Made by a program: the position numbers and the translations under genes. From Octopus vulgaris (Eukaryota), in contig OX597827.1 in assembly GCA_951406725.2 (NCBI GenBank), forward strand, positions 54,994,001 through 55,058,000: 64,000 nt of DNA, given 5' to 3'. A model generated the notes under the pieces. The model saw nothing but the letters and a program-made list of their open reading frames with translations, was not told the DNA's origin and made no database searches. Shown one piece after another: positions 26,895 through 39,652 of the stretch. The first letter of the stretch is position 1. Every line of letters begins with the position of its first letter.

Positions 26895-27531
26895 ATTTCA
26901 ACTTTCATTCTTCTTCTCAACCTATGTGCAGGAATAGGTTGCAATCTGCTTTTCTCTGAAGCACTATCCCCTCCATAGCATTATGATTTTTGCAAGCAAC
27001 TGCTGTCTGCAACATCTTTCTGATTTACACCTTGATAAATACGTAGAGAAATTGGTGCTCTGTTTACTCAAAAATATGTTAGCATATGTTTATGCATGAT
27101 GAAAAATGTAAATAATACTATTCCATTGCTACTTAATAACCAAAAATGTAGCTAAACAAAACATAAAGTAAACTTTATGTCAATTTTTTTTTGTAAACAT
27201 GTCTTTCACCCAGAAAGCGATAAATACATAGTTTGCATCTCATCAGAACGCCTGTTTCTATTTCCTGTCTTTCTTACATTCTTCAAACATTTCACATTAA
27301 AAATCTTAAGTTTAACCCTTTAGCATTCAGACTACTCTATAAAGTGTGATGCTTGATTTATTCAACTTGTTTTGAATTAATCATTATATTGTAGCTTGAA
27401 GATTTCAATGATGTGATTGTTCATTTTTAGAATGACATTGTACGGTGAGTGTGAAAGGCTAGGTCTCGTCAGTTTGAATGTAAAACAGATAGAATATTTT
27501 GGGCCAGGTATGGCCAGTTTAAATGCTAAAG

Positions 27532-27782
27532 CAGCGGTTCTCAAGCATTTTTAACCATGAACTCCTTTGATTCTTATTTTACTCCACTGGACTCCCACAG
27601 CTAGTCGGTGTTCAAAAAATCTATTTAAATTTTCATAATTAAATATTAGAAATTGTACAAGAAAATTTCTCAAAATATTTTCTATATTGTAGAAGTATAA
27701 CAAATTTATTGTACATAAATTTTGACTACAAAATCTTATGTGAATCCCCAAAGGTCATAAGGAGTCCTGTAAAGAACCACTG
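27532..27782. mobile_element. hAT-type MITE inserted in the end of a piggyBac-type MITE
   Basis: CAGCGGTTCTCAA ... AAGAACCACTG termini. Confidence 0.75.
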
Positions 27783-28507
27783 TGTTTAAAGAGTTAAATT
27801 ATTCAGTATTTGATCTTTGGTGTTCTTTCTTAACATAAGCATCAAATCAAGGAGAGGCATCTTGCTATGTTGGACATTAGTGTATGTGATATTTATTTAT
27901 AAAGTTTCACTTATTCTGTTGCACTAAGTTAACTAACTAATTATCTTTTAGATATAAAAATAGCACAGTTAAAGCAAATTCCGAAAATATTTTCAGTTAA
28001 AAATAGATTTAACTGTTTAGCATTTAGATTATTTTCTCGAATGTAATGCTTATTTATTCATATTGCTTTGAATTAATCATGCATTGTCTCATAGCATCAA
28101 AATTTTGATGATGTGATTGATTTTTAGAATGACATCGTAGGGTAGCTGTAAGAACCAAATAAGCTCAAGGGTTAAGCACCTAATTTTTGAAGTGAGGGAT
28201 TGGCAACTGCTCTGTAATGTAATTGGTGACAGTTATTTGGCACATGAATTTTTTTCCTGGTTTTTGTCATTGAACTGCAGGCCATACCATTCCATGTAGA
28301 GCTTCTATTATGAGGAAGTCCCAGAGATGCTTATAATATAGACCCCATTGATAGCTTGAATATGAATCATGTTAATGAGGATAGCAAAGTTTCTCATAAG
28401 GGCAAACCTGACAAAGTATCTGCAGAGCTATGATACACCATACATAGGTTTACATAAAGGAGTATTTGAATACAATTTATGTATTCAAATACAAGCCTTA
28501 GTGTAGA

Positions 28508-28805
28508 TCATCATCATCATCATCATTTAACGTCCGCCTTCCATGCTAGCATGGGTTGGACGATTTGAGTGAGGACTGGCGAACCAGAAGGCTGCGCCAA
28601 GCTCCAATCTGATCTGGCAAGTTTCTACAGCTGGATGCCCTTCCTAACGCCAATCACTCCAAAAGTGTAGTGGGTGCTTTTACGTGCTACCGGCACGAGG
28701 GCCAATCTGGCAGTACTGGCAACGACTACGCTCGAAATGGTGTTTTTACATGCCACCTGCACTGGAGTCAGTCCAGTGGTACTGGCAATGACCTTGCTCA
28801 AATGT
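28508..28805 (-). mobile_element. RTE-type 3' UTR fragment with (ATG)n tail
   Basis: (CAT)n-TTAACGTCCGCCTTCCATGCTAGCATGGGTTGGACG...GGATGCCCTTCCTAACGCC. Confidence 0.8.
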
Positions 28806-29994
28806 TATTGTAAAAAAAAATATTGTATAAGAATATGGACAAGATATGGTATTCATATGTTAGCCTTATATGATTTATACACTTATGTCATGTGACTCAA
28901 TCCATTGGTCAGGTGATCAGTGCTAACATGAGAGAAGCTTTGTTATTCAGAAGTATAATGTTTCTGGAGGCTGAAAGAGCTCTTACAAGTTTAGCTTTGC
29001 TTGAATAAACACTTGGCTTCAATAAACACTTAGGAGTTCTTCATTATTAGACTTGAATAAGCACATTACCAGACTTAAGAGTGATATCTGAAAACATGCT
29101 GCTTTATATCTGATCACAGCCCATTCACTTGGCTATTAAAAATATATATAAAATGCTTAATGAATATTGCCGAGAATGCTTACTTTGTGTGAATGATATC
29201 CTAATCTGGCCAGGAAGAAAATTTGGCTTTCCATTTGCTTACCTAACAACAGTTACTATAACAGCTGCAACCAAGTACCAATTTGCTCTAGTTACTCACT
29301 GTGTGTGTCACTGTTATCTTTATGTGTATGTCTTGTGTGCATGCATTCATGAAATTGCTTATTTTCAAGAGTTCAGCTGAAATTGCCAAGTCTGATGCTT
29401 ATTCTGTTGGTCTCTGTTGCTAAGTTTCAGGGATGTAAAGAAACCAAGCTTACAAGTGGTAGTTGGGGGACAAGCACAAAGACATGCACATACACACACA
29501 CACACACATATGTGTATAATGACGGGCTTCCACACAGTACAGTTTCTATCTACCAAATTCACTCGCAAGGCATTGATCAGCTTGAGGCTATAGTAAAAGA
29601 CACCCATTGTAGTTGTGCTGTAGCCTAGCCACAATTTCATCATTGAATATATATATATATATATAAAAAAACATAAACATTTATGTATGTTTTGCAAGAT
29701 ACTTGATGTGAAATCTGTGCTGAAACAGATGTTATATTTGTGGGTGGTCATATTTTGCTAATTAAACACACACTCACTATATATTTGGTCTTCACTTCAG
29801 CTTTATTATTATCATTATTATTATTATTATTATTATCATTATTATTATTATTATTATTATTAGTTTAATTGTCAGAGTCCTTTTGTCACACATTCTGTGA
29901 TCTCTTAAAGAGACTTTCTGTCCCACATGTTTCCTTTTGTCCATCCTATTCCATTTTGTCTTTCTCAGGTAAATGAACTAATAATAATAATAAT

Positions 29995-30437
29995 AATGGT
30001 TTCAAATTTTGGCACAAGGCCAGCATGTTCAGGAGAAGAGCTAAGTCGATAAGATCGACCCCAGTTTTCAACTGGTACTTATTTTATCAATCCCGAAAGG
30101 AAGGAAAGGCAAAGTTAGCCTCTGCAGAATTTGAACTCAGAACATAAAGACACAAAATGCCGCTAAGCATCTTGCCTGGTGTGCTAATGATTCTACCAGC
30201 TCACCATCTTACTAATGATAATTCTTTCTACTATAGGCACATGGTCTGAAATTTGGCAGGAGGGGTGTAGTCGATTACATCAAACCCCAGTGTGTAGCTG
30301 GTACTTAATTTATTGATCCCCAGAAGGAAGGAAAGCAAAGTTGACCTTGGCAGAATTTGAATTCAGAACATAGCAACGGGCAAAATACCGCTAAGCATTT
30401 ATCCAGCATGCTAACATTTCTACCAACACACTACCTT
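29995..30437 (-). mobile_element. Two tandem SINE family B short-tail copies between (TAA)n tracts
   Basis: Repeated cores and GGCACAAGGCC tail motif. Confidence 0.85.
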
Positions 30438-30444
30438 ACTAATG

Positions 30445-30493
<49 letters not shown>

Positions 30494-30606
30494 TGATGAT
30501 AATGATAATAATAATAATAATGATAAAAAGCTAAAGTGAAGATCAAATAAATAGTAATTGGCAAAAGATGACCATCCTCAAATATAACAATATGTATGTA
30601 TATATG

Positions 30607-30644
<38 letters not shown>

Positions 30645-31154
30645 AATCAAAAAGTAATACCAAATCATAATGTAATTTACATTTTAGTATCTCTTCAAGA
30701 TGCTAGCATAAAGTTTTTTTCGTGGTAGAAAAATAAAATATACAAAATAGACAACATATTTATGATTCATAAAAGTCCATTAATTAATAGTGACGCCCAC
30801 CATGGAGCTGTTGCATGGACTGTTATGTTACTGAATGAAAAGATAGAAAAATATTTAAGTAGTAAAAGTATAAATAGAAAATTGTGTTCATTCAACTTTC
30901 TGCTGTAGATTAAAATAAGTTTTTTTTAATTGCCTATAAATTAGCAGAAATATGAGTTCTGTAATTCATGTGTACATGCACATGCACACACTCACACACA
31001 GATAAATACATACACACATACACACACACGCACTGTCAAAGCTGAAGCTACATTTCATCATTACTGACATTTGTGTGATTTGTTCATATGATATCTTTGT
31101 GTTGCTTGAGAAAACATACCGAAGTGAAAAACTTGGGATAACAAACGAGTAAAT

Positions 31155-31664
31155 GTCTCAGTGGTTAGAGCATCAGGCTTGTAATCATGAGGTTGTGAGT
31201 TCAATTCCTAGACTGAGCTGTGTGTTGTATTTGTGAACTTTATTTCATGTTGCTCCAGTTCACTCAGCTGTAGAAATGGGTTGTGACGTCACTGGTGCCA
31301 AGCTGTATCCCTAGAATAACATCGGTGGCTTGGAGAGGGGATGCTGGTATGCTTGGGTGGCTACTGGTCTTAACGCCATGATAGACCGTTAGCTCCTACA
31401 CGCATTTTTTTCTCTCCTTGTTTCTTTTCTGTGTATCTTTCTGTCGAAGAGCATAGGCTCGAAACATAAAAGATTTGTTCTATTTCTATTCCTGAGCACC
31501 ATACTAATACATTTGTTTGTTTGTACTCCACCTGCCTTCGTCTTTTGTTTATTTTCGTAAACCTTCCCGTTATAAACAACTTTGCCTGGACTTGAGCCTC
31601 GGGCAGTAACTTTCTAGGTGCAATCACATGGTCATTCATGACCAAAGGGGATCTTTACCCTTTT
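31155..31664 (+). mobile_element. SINE family C interrupted by a Penelope-like repeat
   Basis: Head CTCAGTGGTTAGAGC and tail GGGATCTTTACCCTTT. Confidence 0.85.
31372..31572 (+). mobile_element. Short Penelope-like repeat (copy 3), nested in a family-C SINE
   Basis: Motif ATCTTTCTGTCGAAGAGCATAGGCTCGAAACATAAAAGAT; interrupts SINE C between GGTCTT and ATAAACAAC. Confidence 0.55.
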
Positions 31665-31689
31665 ATATAATTCAGGTAAAAACATCATA

Positions 31690-32027
31690 AAGGGTAAAGA
31701 CCCCCTTCGGTCATGTATGACCATGGGATTGCACCTAGAAAGTTACCCTCCTAGACACAAGTCCAGGCAAAGTTGTTTATGGAAGACCAGCAGTCGCCCA
31801 TGCATACCAGCCTCCCCTCTCTACGCCACCAGTGTTATCCAAGGGAAAGACAAAGGTCGATACAGCTTGAAACCAGTGACGTCGCAACTCATTTCTACAG
31901 CGGAGTGAACTGGAGCAACGTGAAATAAAGTGCTTTGCTCAAGAACACAACACGCAGCCCGGTCCGGGATTCGAGCTCACAACCTCACGATCGTAAGCTC
32001 GACGCTCTAACCACTGAGCCATGCGCC
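31690..32027 (-). mobile_element. SINE family C, full length, CpG-rich (young)
   Basis: Minus strand GGCGCATGGCTCAGTGGTTAGAGCG...TCGAATCCC; ACATCATAA on both flanks. Confidence 0.92.
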
Positions 32028-32267
32028 TTCACATCATAACATGTATTTAAGAGCTCTTATGCCATTATTTGGCTACAACATGATATTATACAGTAGGATA
32101 TATTCCAGGTTTGGATACACATGCAGAACTGTGATCCTACTGCATATTAAAATATATTTGTTTGAAATTTTAAGGTGTTTCCATTATTTTGTCCAACTCT
32201 TGTATATGTATCTGATTTGAAGAAAACAAAAATCCAGAGAAGAAGCACATTCTAAGATGTAGCGCAG

Positions 32268-32533
32268 TGTATATTTTAATGGGGAAGGCCGGTTTATGAA
32301 ATTACCTTGGGTTTCCCCTCCATAAAGGGTTTAGCTTGATGATGTATCATCAGACCCCAAAATCTGTTGACCTAAGAGCTCTTCAAAATATGGAATGGAA
32401 AAGGCCTCACTATTTTGAAGATGTCTGAGGCCAACAGGTTTTGGGGTCTGATGATACGTCATAAAGCTAAGCCTTTTATAGACAGAAAACCCAGGGTAAT
32501 CCAATAAACCAGCCTTCCCCATTAAAGTGTATA
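32268..32533. repeat. Palindromic (foldback) element, ~120-bp arms
   Basis: TTTAATGGGGAAGGC...TATCATCAGACCCCAAAA...TCTTCAAAATA / TATTTTGAAGA...TTTTGGGGTCTGATGATA...GCCTTCCCCATTAAA. Confidence 0.9.
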
Positions 32534-32539
32534 TGTACG

Positions 32540-32572
<33 letters not shown>

Positions 32573-32588
32573 ATACATATTATATATT

Positions 32589-32619
<31 letters not shown>

Positions 32620-32665
32620 TTGTGATAAGAAACAGAACTGCTTGGTAAACATTTTGTGTGTAGAT

Positions 32666-32707
<42 letters not shown>

Positions 32708-34703
32708 GTCATATGCAAGGTAAGCAAGATTTCTTATCAGGACTGGAGGCTTTGTTCATATCAGCCATTCTTGTTAACTGCACTAATCTGTAGATTGAAA
32801 AACATTTTTCTTTCAATGAGTATTTCTTACAATCCACTAATTTATCCTGTTAACCAATAGGAAATCTGAATGAAACTTTTGGTATGGATTATTAAATATG
32901 TGACAATCATATCTATTTACTCATAAACTCTCACAGACACACATTTGTTTGTTTAACATCTGTTTATGTGTGTGTGTATTTGTTTGATTATTCAACGTTT
33001 TTTCCATGCTTTTGTGGATTTGGGCAAATAATTATTTCATTATTTGAAGCAGGGTTTTATGCTTTGATGCTTTTGTCATTAACCCTTATCAGTTTTCAAG
33101 TAAGGATTTCTTTTTCTTTTTCTTCTTTTTTTCTTTTTTCTGTTTTTTTTTTCTATTTTCTTTCAAGTTCAGAGGTCTTTGAAAGCACAGTGCAACTGGT
33201 CAGAATGTCCATTGACATTTGCATACACACACTCATACACTGGGCTTCTTACATTTTCACTCTACCAATTTCCTTCACAAGCAAGGCATGGGTTGGTCTG
33301 GGCAGAAACGTTAGGACGTTGGCCAAAATGCGTAGCCGTATTTCGTCAGCCGTTGCGTTCTGGGTTCAAATTCCGCCGAGGTTGACTTTGCCTTTCATCC
33401 TTTCGGGGTCGATAAATTAAGTACCAGTGACGCATTGGGGTCGATGTAATCAACTTAATCCATTTGTCTGTCCTTGTTTGTTCCCTCTGTGTTTAGCTCA
33501 TTGTGGGTAGTAAAAAATATATATTAGAAGACCCTTAACCAGAATGCTGCACATTGGGACTGAACCTCAAACCATATGCTTTCGAAATAGAGCTTATTAA
33601 CCATACAATCATACTTGTGCCTATTGAGTATTCTGTTGTTTTACCAACTGAGTTCCTACTCAAGAACTGGATATTCCTCATCCATGTTTACCCTTAATGC
33701 AATTATCAGGCTAGATTGGCATGTTACATTATCTCATGACTGGACTTTTGAATTAGAGGTACAACCCTAAGAGAAAGAGAAAATTTAAACCCAGTAAGAG
33801 ACTGATCATTTATCAATCTCAAAAGGTTGAAAGGCACAATTGATCTTGGTGTGATCTGAAGTCACACTACAAAGAACTAGAACAAATATTGGTTTCAAGT
33901 TATTTCCCTTTCTCATTGTGACTTGCTATTAATTGCCACTAGGGTTTTGTTTACTTTCTCCAAATTGGAAGAAAATTTTCAGTAATTAAAAGTTTATTGC
34001 ATATGGCTTTCAGTGCATTACACTCCTACTTAATTATCCTAATTCAGCAAATTAACAGTGTCATTAGAGTGTTGGATTGAATGTTTTACAGTATTTGTTC
34101 TGATTCAGCGTATTCTGAGTTCATTACCTACCGAGGTCAACTTTGTCTTTCATCATTTTCAGGGTCAGTAAAAATGTACCAATCCACAATGGTGAATTGG
34201 TAGAACTGTAATAACATTGAGCTGGACGCTTTGTCATATTTGAGCTTTTATTGTTATAGTCAGCAGTTCCACACAGTAACTTACTACGTGGTAACTATGA
34301 CTTATTAAGGATCTAAAGAGACATTGTTACTTTCAACCTTGTTTCTTTTATAAACTGTTACTCATTATCAGTTCAGATATTTAATATAGTTGAACATTAT
34401 AATAATAATAATTATTATAATAATTTGTTCAAGTTCTTTGCATTGAAAGTAATTATTATCTGGATAATTTCTCATAGTAAGTACTATTACTTCTAGTTTA
34501 CTCTTTTATTGTTTCAGTCATTTGACTGCGGCCATGCTGGAGCACTGCCTTTTAGTCGAGCAAATCGACCCTAGGATTTATTTTTTGTAAGCCTAGTACT
34601 TATTCGGTATCTTATGCTGAACCGCTAAGTTACAGGGACATAAACACACCAGCATCGGTTGTCAAGCAATGTTGGGGGGACAAACACAGACACGCAAACA
34701 TAT

Positions 34704-34740
<37 letters not shown>

Positions 34741-35738
34741 TCCAAATAAGCAACAAGGATATCCAAGGTAGTGTAGTTTCATGCTACTTCATTTTATTAA
34801 ACAATGTAAGTATTACATCAGTTTTAAAATGTAAAGCAATCTTCAGCCACATATAGAATTTTTTTAATTAAATGAACAATGTACATTTTTATACTTATCT
34901 CATTTGCCAACATTACAAAGAGGGTAGAGAATTTGTTAAATAAAATCATAACTAACTGATCCTCCTCTATTTTCTTTCGCTCAAAGCCAGAAACTTTTCA
35001 GCATCCTCTAGATTTTTTTATCTAGATTAAATGGACAATGTACATTTTTATACTCATCTCATTTGCCAACATTACAAAGAGGGTAGATATATAGACAGAG
35101 AGGTTAATTTTATCATTAAGAACATGGTAGTTGAAGGTCCTTCTCCATCTGTAGATTTTTTATCTAGATAAAAATTCTAGTTATGATTTTATCTAACAAA
35201 TTCTCTCACAGATTCACACACCTTCAGTTTTTCTTAGACTTGTAAAAGAATTTGGAAGGTTATGCTTCCAACCAAGCCTTTCATGGTACTCTTAATGCCC
35301 AAAATTTTTCAGCACCTCCTCATGTGTGTGTGTGTGTGTATAAATATATATAAAGCATTGAGTGTCATTTTACTTAATGTTACTTTTATTCGGGTGAAAT
35401 ACATATTCTCTCAAGAAAGTCAGTTCTGTCGAACAAGATGGAATTTACACAATAATTTGTCACATGCCAAACTTTAGAAGGTACTCCTTATTTTTATTGT
35501 TTCACTTAGAGATGGAATTTATAGAACATATTTGCTGTTTGCTCATTGTCTAAATGTTTGTTATATTAGGTCATTACTTAAACATTGATATTATTTAAAT
35601 GTGCCAATTAAATGTACTATGTCAAACTATAATCAAGATATAGAAGCTGTTGGCTCTAAAATAATTGCTGTTCACATGTAAGTTTTTATGTAACTATCAA
35701 TATATAATGATTTCATAAATATTATTTTAATAATGTAA

Positions 35739-35779
<41 letters not shown>

Positions 35780-35863
35780 GGATAAGATTGTTAATTTAAA
35801 TATTGATCTTATCAAGTGGCTAGCATGGGAATAAAAACCTTCAAAGGTAATAATTATTATTAA

Positions 35864-36061
35864 AATTATAATTTAGGGTGTCTAAAAGATACCTCCACAC
35901 TGGAAATAGCAGCCAAAACTTGACTCTAAAACCACATTAAATGTTCATACAGCACCAGGAGAGAAGACGGTGCTGTATGAACACTTAATGTGGTTTGAGA
36001 GTCAAGTTTTGGCTGCTATTTCCAACATGGCGGTATCTCTTAGATACGCTAAATTATAATT
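35864..36061. repeat. Inverted repeat, ~93-bp arms with 12-nt loop
   Basis: AATTATAATTTAG...GTTCATACAGCACC-AGGAGAGAAGAC-GGTGCTGTATGAAC...CTAAATTATAATT. Confidence 0.92.
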
Positions 36062-36155
36062 ATATATATAGTGACTGTTTTTTAATTACTAAGAAAGGTA
36101 AATGAATGATATTAAAAGGAAATATTAAAAGGAAATGTTTGTTTTCATTTTGTAG

Positions 36156-36698
36156 ATGCCAGTTCATTAATTCCCAACCCAGCAAATATTTCCAACCTGG
36201 CTGACTTGACATCAGCTTTGCAGTCTATGGATTTAAGTCACAACAACAGCACCAACAATGCCCTCACCATGGCCAGCAACCATCACAACAGTTCTTCAAA
36301 CAATGCCAATACCACCATGGTGCCTATAGTACGTTTCCACAAGAATGTCGACTTCACACCTGTTTTCTTTCATGATATATGTGGTCATAATGTGTGTCTG
36401 GACTCAGAGAAGACAGTCGCTGTACGTCTCCCAGAGGAGTACTGCAATGGATATGTCTTCACTTCAAGACCTATTAGCAATGAAATAATCGTCATACAGA
36501 TTCTTGGAATTGACCGATATTATGAAGGAGGTCTTGCATTCGGCTTTACTACATGTGACCCTGCCAACTTAAGCCACGAGGAATTTCCAGATGATGCCGA
36601 CCAGTTTCTTGACCGACGTGAATATTGGGTGGTGAACAAAGATGTCTGCCGTGTTTCAGATATTGGCGATGAACTCAGTTTCTATCTCACAACAGAAG
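36156..36698 (+). CDS. neur: Internal coding exon of a neuralized-family E3 ubiquitin ligase: Asn/Ser-rich linker plus most of NHR2 (NEUZ) domain
   Basis: Acceptor gttttcattttgtag|AT at 36155/36156 and donor GAAG|gtaagt at 36698/36699; 543 nt, open frame, phase 1 at both ends. Peptide FFHDICGHNVCL...EYCNGYVFTSRPI...GGLAFGFTTCDP...PDDADQFLDRREYWVVNKDV...GDELSFYLTTEG matches the Neuralized NHR2 pattern as I recall it (FH..G.NV.L, GYVFT.RP, L..G.T.C.P, LDR.EYWVV.KD, GDE..F). Confidence 0.95.
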
Positions 36699-36939
36699 GT
36701 AAGTACTTGGTTAATGTCTCCCTCTTTCCTTAAAACTATTCTTCCCACACATATTTTACTAATGCCATAGAATTTTTTGTTTTAGCAAAAGATGGTTGAG
36801 AGCTTATGGATGTTTTTGATATTTTGTTTCTTATAATCCTTTTCATTCAGCTTAAGACCAGAAACAAGTGGAAGGAGGTTCAGTTAGCATGGGTCTACAG
36901 TTCTCAGGAAGCTTCCATCTGTTCATATATATTCTCTTA

Positions 36940-37337
36940 TTCTTATACTAGTTTCAGTCATTTGACTGTGGCCATGCTGAAGCACCACCTTTAATTGAAC
37001 AAATTGACCCCAGGACTTATTCTTTGTAAGCCTAGTACTTATTCTATCGATTTCTTTTGCCGAACGGCTAAGTTACAGGGACATAAACACACCAGCATCG
37101 GTTATCAAGTGATAGTGGAGGAACAAAACGCACACACATACACACACACACACATATATATATATATTTACATACAATGGGCTTCTTTCAGTTTCCATCT
37201 ACCAAATCCACTCACAAGGCTTCTGTTGGCCCAAGGCTATAGTAGAAGACACTTGCCCAAGGTGCCATGCAGTGGAACTGAACCCGGAACCATGTGATTG
37301 GGAAGCAAGCTTCTTACCACACAGCCACTCCTGCACC
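36940..37337 (-). mobile_element. SINE family A, about 240 nt downstream of the NHR2 exon
   Basis: Full-length similarity. Confidence 0.9.
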
Positions 37338-37858
37338 TGAGACTGAGCCTAGAACCATTTAGTTGTAAAGAGAACTTCTTAATGACACAGCCATGCCTAT
37401 ATATAATGTGATCTTCAAAGAAATCCTGATAGCTCCAGCGATAAAAAAAATGTTAAATTATTTAAATTTGTTATTGGTTTGCAAGATTTAGAGAAGATAT
37501 GAAGCCTGTCCTGAAAGTAGAAGAGGAATTGAACTGACCATCTTTTTATTTAGAGATTAGCATAAAGACTGATCAAATTCACTCTCTCTATCTCTACCTC
37601 TCTCTCCTCCCTCTTTCTTCTCTGCATTTCTTGTTCTTTTCCTTCTTTCTCTCTTCTACACGCATAACTTTCATACAAACTATGGGAGCACTGAAAATTG
37701 AACTTGCCCAACAGCTGGTTAATTTAGTGACAGAAGCTCAGACAGACATAAGTGTATAAGTAGGGAGGATAAAGAAGCATTTCATAAACATGTCTGGATG
37801 AAAATGCTATAGAGACCATCTATGCACACACACTCGCTCACACACACACATACACACG

Positions 37859-37894
<36 letters not shown>

Positions 37895-38177
37895 CTGTAT
37901 ATACATACAAACACACACTACACTGACTCTCCCTCCAGAAGAAATCTTGACTACTAACTGCTGCTTGTAGTCAAAGAGCTGACATGTGGCACTGATAAAG
38001 ATGTTAATGGTCACAGCCAAATTCATATATGAACACCATCACCCCCACCTCCACTACCTCAGAAGATAAGCAGAGTTAGAACAAGACTGTTTTGGTTCAA
38101 TTATGGAGGTCATTCGGATATTATATATGCACATAAACACTAACTCGGTTATACACATACTTTTACATATACATATG

Positions 38178-38226
<49 letters not shown>

Positions 38227-38679
38227 CCAACCATAAAATGAAGAGAATGTGAAGAATGTATGGGAGTCTTAGATGTACATAAAGACAAGCTTAAGAAAGA
38301 AATGTTGACTACAAACTTTCAATTCATTAAGACTAACCTCTGATATCAAATCCATAGAATCCATTTAGTTTGTCAAGAATTCTCTCACATCACAAGCCCT
38401 CAAGTGCCATTGCTAAATTCAGTGGAATATTGAGCCACTTACACACTTATTCAATAGCCTAGTACTTCATTGATCAAACAATTGAACACTCTTCGTCAGA
38501 AATTCTGACCGAGATCCATTATATATAGAGACACATTCATGGCAGTATGACTGAGAAGTTTGCTTCCTAAAAATTGGTAAGGTTTAATGACTGGAAGAGC
38601 ATCCAGCTGATAAAAAATAATACCTCAATAACTCAAAACACCACCCTGTCATCATGCTCTGCTGAATGTGTAATGTCAG

Positions 38680-38935
38680 CGTGCAAGAGAGACAACTGCG
38701 CTGGTGTGATGATGTGATGCGTATGGAAGATGACAGCTGTGTGAAGAAGTGTCACACCCGTGGAAGAGGTAGACCTAGGAAGACATGGAATGAGGCAGTG
38801 AAGCACAAACTTTGAACATTAGGCCTCACAGAGGCAATGATAAGCGACCAAGACCTTTGGAGACATGCCATGCTTAAGAAGACCTGGGAAACTAAATGAG
38901 ATCATAGCCATGGCCGATGCCAGTGCAGCATAACT
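38680..38935 (+). mobile_element. RTE-type LINE, 3' ORF fragment
   Basis: Manual translation VQERQLRWCDDVMRMEDDSCVKKCHT RGRGRPRKTWNEAVKH...DQDLWRHA fits the RTE RLRW.GHV.R...RGRP.K.W...DR..WR pattern. Confidence 0.85.
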
Positions 38936-39539
38936 GGAAAAACATAACAAACTCTCTAGAGAAAGCACTGGGTAGGTGGGGGGGTTCATGTGGAGAAGAA
39001 AAGCAAGCTCAGGTCATAGAAAGCAAGATACCAGAAAAGGAGTGCATCTCCCTTGGGGCAGATAGAATGAGATTCATAATTCTTCAAATCATCAGCCAAG
39101 AACTCGTAGCTCTGCTGAATGACCTGAAAGAAGAAGAAAAGAGCAATTTACTAATTGAAGAAATTAGGTCAGATTTTATGGAGCAATTGAATAATAAACT
39201 GCTGGTGAAAAGCACTAGCAGCCTATGGACTGCTAAAGTGCAGCTACCTAAGAGGATGTGAAAGAATTCTTCCCTTGGCTGAGATTAAAAGTGTTCACAG
39301 GTGCCTTTAGAAATCCCAGTTTCACATCCTAAGAGCAGATGTTGAGGGTCTAACTTAGGTGACTGCTCCTCACTCATATGAGAGTGGGTTGCTTTTGTTT
39401 GTTTTTGTTTGTATTTATTTATATTTTGTATAATGTATCTGTATTCATTTGTACAATTTACTAATTTTTTAAGGCTTCATATATTGTAAAAAGCTTCTGC
39501 TGCTTCTATAATTTTTTTTTATATATATATGTATTTCTA

Positions 39540-39652
<113 letters not shown>

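Noticed and set aside
31955-32027. tRNA-like sequence with A and B boxes
   Set aside because: SINE head continuing into SINE body; no proper acceptor stem.
34868-35088. ~60-bp direct duplication with nearby short inverted arms
   Set aside because: Looks like local duplication at a decayed repeat; nothing suggests function.
36699-36733. C-terminal KYLVNVSLFP and TTG start of ORF 36206-36733
   Set aside because: Intron read-through past a consensus donor; the exon begins at the acceptor at 36156.
38917-39261. 114-aa ORF
   Set aside because: Starts inside an RTE fragment, no recognisable domain and no convincing splice sites.
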